This document shows, in pieces, positions 62,186 through 64,000 of a stretch of 64,000 bases of DNA. Origin of the DNA: Amphiscolops sp. MND2022 (lineage: Eukaryota); contig OZ076409.1 in assembly GCA_964187785.1 (NCBI GenBank), positions 19,408,001 to 19,472,000 on the forward strand, given 5' to 3'. Under the pieces are notes generated by a model. The model was given only the letters and a program-made list of their open reading frames with translations, had not been told where the DNA came from and searched no databases. The stretch's first letter is position 1. Every line of letters begins with the position of its first letter. Both the position numbers and the translations under genes were made by a program.

Positions 62186-62302
62186 AGTGTACGCCTTTGA
62201 TCTAATTGCTTGGGTCTAATGGAATTAGATCTAACTGTTAGGTCTAACTTTCTGATCTAATTTTATCTAAAATACTTAGGTCTAACCTCTTTATGATCTA
62301 AT

Positions 62303-64000
62303 ATGTGTGAGAGAGAGAAAACACTGTTTTATTGTATAGGGATAGCTGGTGCCAGTATACAATAAGTGTAGATTGATTTATGCTGAAGCATAAATGATTT
62401 TTTCAAGTTTTACAGGGCGAGAAATCAGGTGAAGCGGAAATCACGCCAAGTATGAGATGTATGGATAGGCATACGACTACTTTCCAAAGTTAGATGCTTT
62501 CTGAGACGACTTTTGAATGTGTGTAGACTTATACTAGTGTCTCTCAAGTAAAACGGTAGTTAGTTCCACTTCGAAGAAGAATGATGAAAGAAAAAACTGA
62601 AGAAAGATACATGACTTCCCAAGTATATTATCTGATTAGTGCAATTGTTCCACCCAAAAATCGCGGTAGGTAATTTTAAAGTGCTCTGGAAGGCTTTTTT
62701 AGTATTTTTGAGATATTGGAACAGAAATACTAGAGATTTCAACTCGATAAGTTGCTTTATTCCAATTATTTTCTTTTTTTTCTCTCTCTCAGATCACTCG
62801 ACGATTTAAAGCTCGAACGGAAGTGGACAGATTTCAATGCCCAGTTCATCTGTTTCTCAAGGGAAAGTAGTAAAGGAGGGGATATTCGAGTGAAAAAAAA
62901 TCGCAGAGTATTCGAAATGACTGAGTATTAGCGCGTGGAAAAGCATGACTAAGTCTGTGGTCGGAAATTTGTGTTGTATAGATTCAATAGTTTTTATTCC
63001 AACTGCCATGTTTTTCAGAAACTTTTTTACTTGAGTTTGGAAAGTCAAGTGTTGATCTAACGTTATTCCAAGATATTTACATTCACATTTCTTTTTGACA
63101 ACTGAGGAGCATACGACAACTGTTTCGGAGTCTAGCTGTCTCTTGTCATTTTTTCGAGAAAAAGTTATGAATTCTGTTTTACTGCCATTCAGATTTAGTC
63201 GATGGGACTTAAAGTAACTTTCAAAATTCAAAATATTTGTTTGCAAACATTGCAAAGCAATGTCAGGGTCCTGGTGACTACAAAAAAGCAAGCAATCATC
63301 GGCGTACTGGATAATGCGAGCATCCTCCGTTATCTGTCCAGTCAGGTCATTGACATTAAGGTTGAAGAGCAGTGGTCCTAAAATAGTGCCCTGGGGAACG
63401 CCTTGTTTCAATTCTATCCAATCCGATTTGACACCGTTCAATGGAACCTGCTGCAGTCTATCACTGAGGAAACTTTTTATAAAGTTGATGGCCGAAGAAG
63501 AGAAACCAAGAGACTTGACTTTAGACAAAAGGATTTCATGTGAAAGTGAGTCAAAAGCTTTCGATAAATCCAGCACGACTGCATGAAACATTTTCCCATC
63601 CTGAATTTCCTGTTGAACCGATTCGGTGAAAAACAAAACAGCATCTTCTACTGATACTTTTTTCCTAAAACCAAATTGGAGCGAGGAGATTTTTTTCTTC
63701 AATGTAAGCTGTAATTTGCCTATGAATACATTTTTCGAGGATTTTGGAGAACGTTGTTGTAATCGAAATGGGACGAAATTTTTTGAAATCTAGAATGTCA
63801 TCTTTTTTGAAGATGGGGGTTATAGTCGCTCTTTTTAACATCGTAGGAAAAACACTTTCATTAATGCACTCATTCAATATGAATGTTATGTGAGAAGTCA
63901 AATATTGCTTTCCATCAATTATAGCCCAAGCGGGCACCTTGCAAGGACCGGTAGGTTTGTTCGGTTTCAACTCATTGATGATATCGTAACAATCTTTCAC
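62303..64000 (-). mobile_element. CR1/L2-group LINE, 3' part of ORF2 (RT), decayed; runs off the window
   Basis: FRPISIT, QFGFRK, LDLSKAFD, GVPQGTILGPLLF, QYADD, KYLGITLD; minus-strand AATAAA followed by a (CT)n tail near 62330-62303. Confidence 0.9.

Overview
Eukaryotic, AT-rich, transposon-dense window, probably from an invertebrate animal (inference). No rRNA, tRNA or CRISPR array is visible. Contents in order: (1) a decayed Ty3/Gypsy element (1645-7471, minus strand, 211-bp LTRs, GCGAG target-site duplication, TSD) inserted into a foldback palindrome; (2) several MITE-like elements; (3) a young, nearly intact 16.4-kb Ty3/Gypsy element (16908-33276, plus strand, 2208-bp LTRs, GATCC TSD); (4) a solo LTR of similar architecture (41249-43143); (5) a Mutator remnant and a third decayed Gypsy; (6) a ~3.3-kb tandem triplication of CRE-like non-LTR fragments; (7) a CR1/L2-type LINE at the right edge. 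The main discovery is inside the 16.4-kb element. Between pol and the 3' LTR it carries an antisense five-exon gene (30306 down to 26446, four GT-AG introns, all phase 1, 1127 aa) whose product looks like a catalytically dead hAT-family transposase that keeps its zinc finger. A divergent 199-aa sense ORF runs into the 3' LTR, and the LTRs carry a GGCC-N8-GGCC motif at ~200-bp intervals. All identifications are by eye from motifs; no database search was run.
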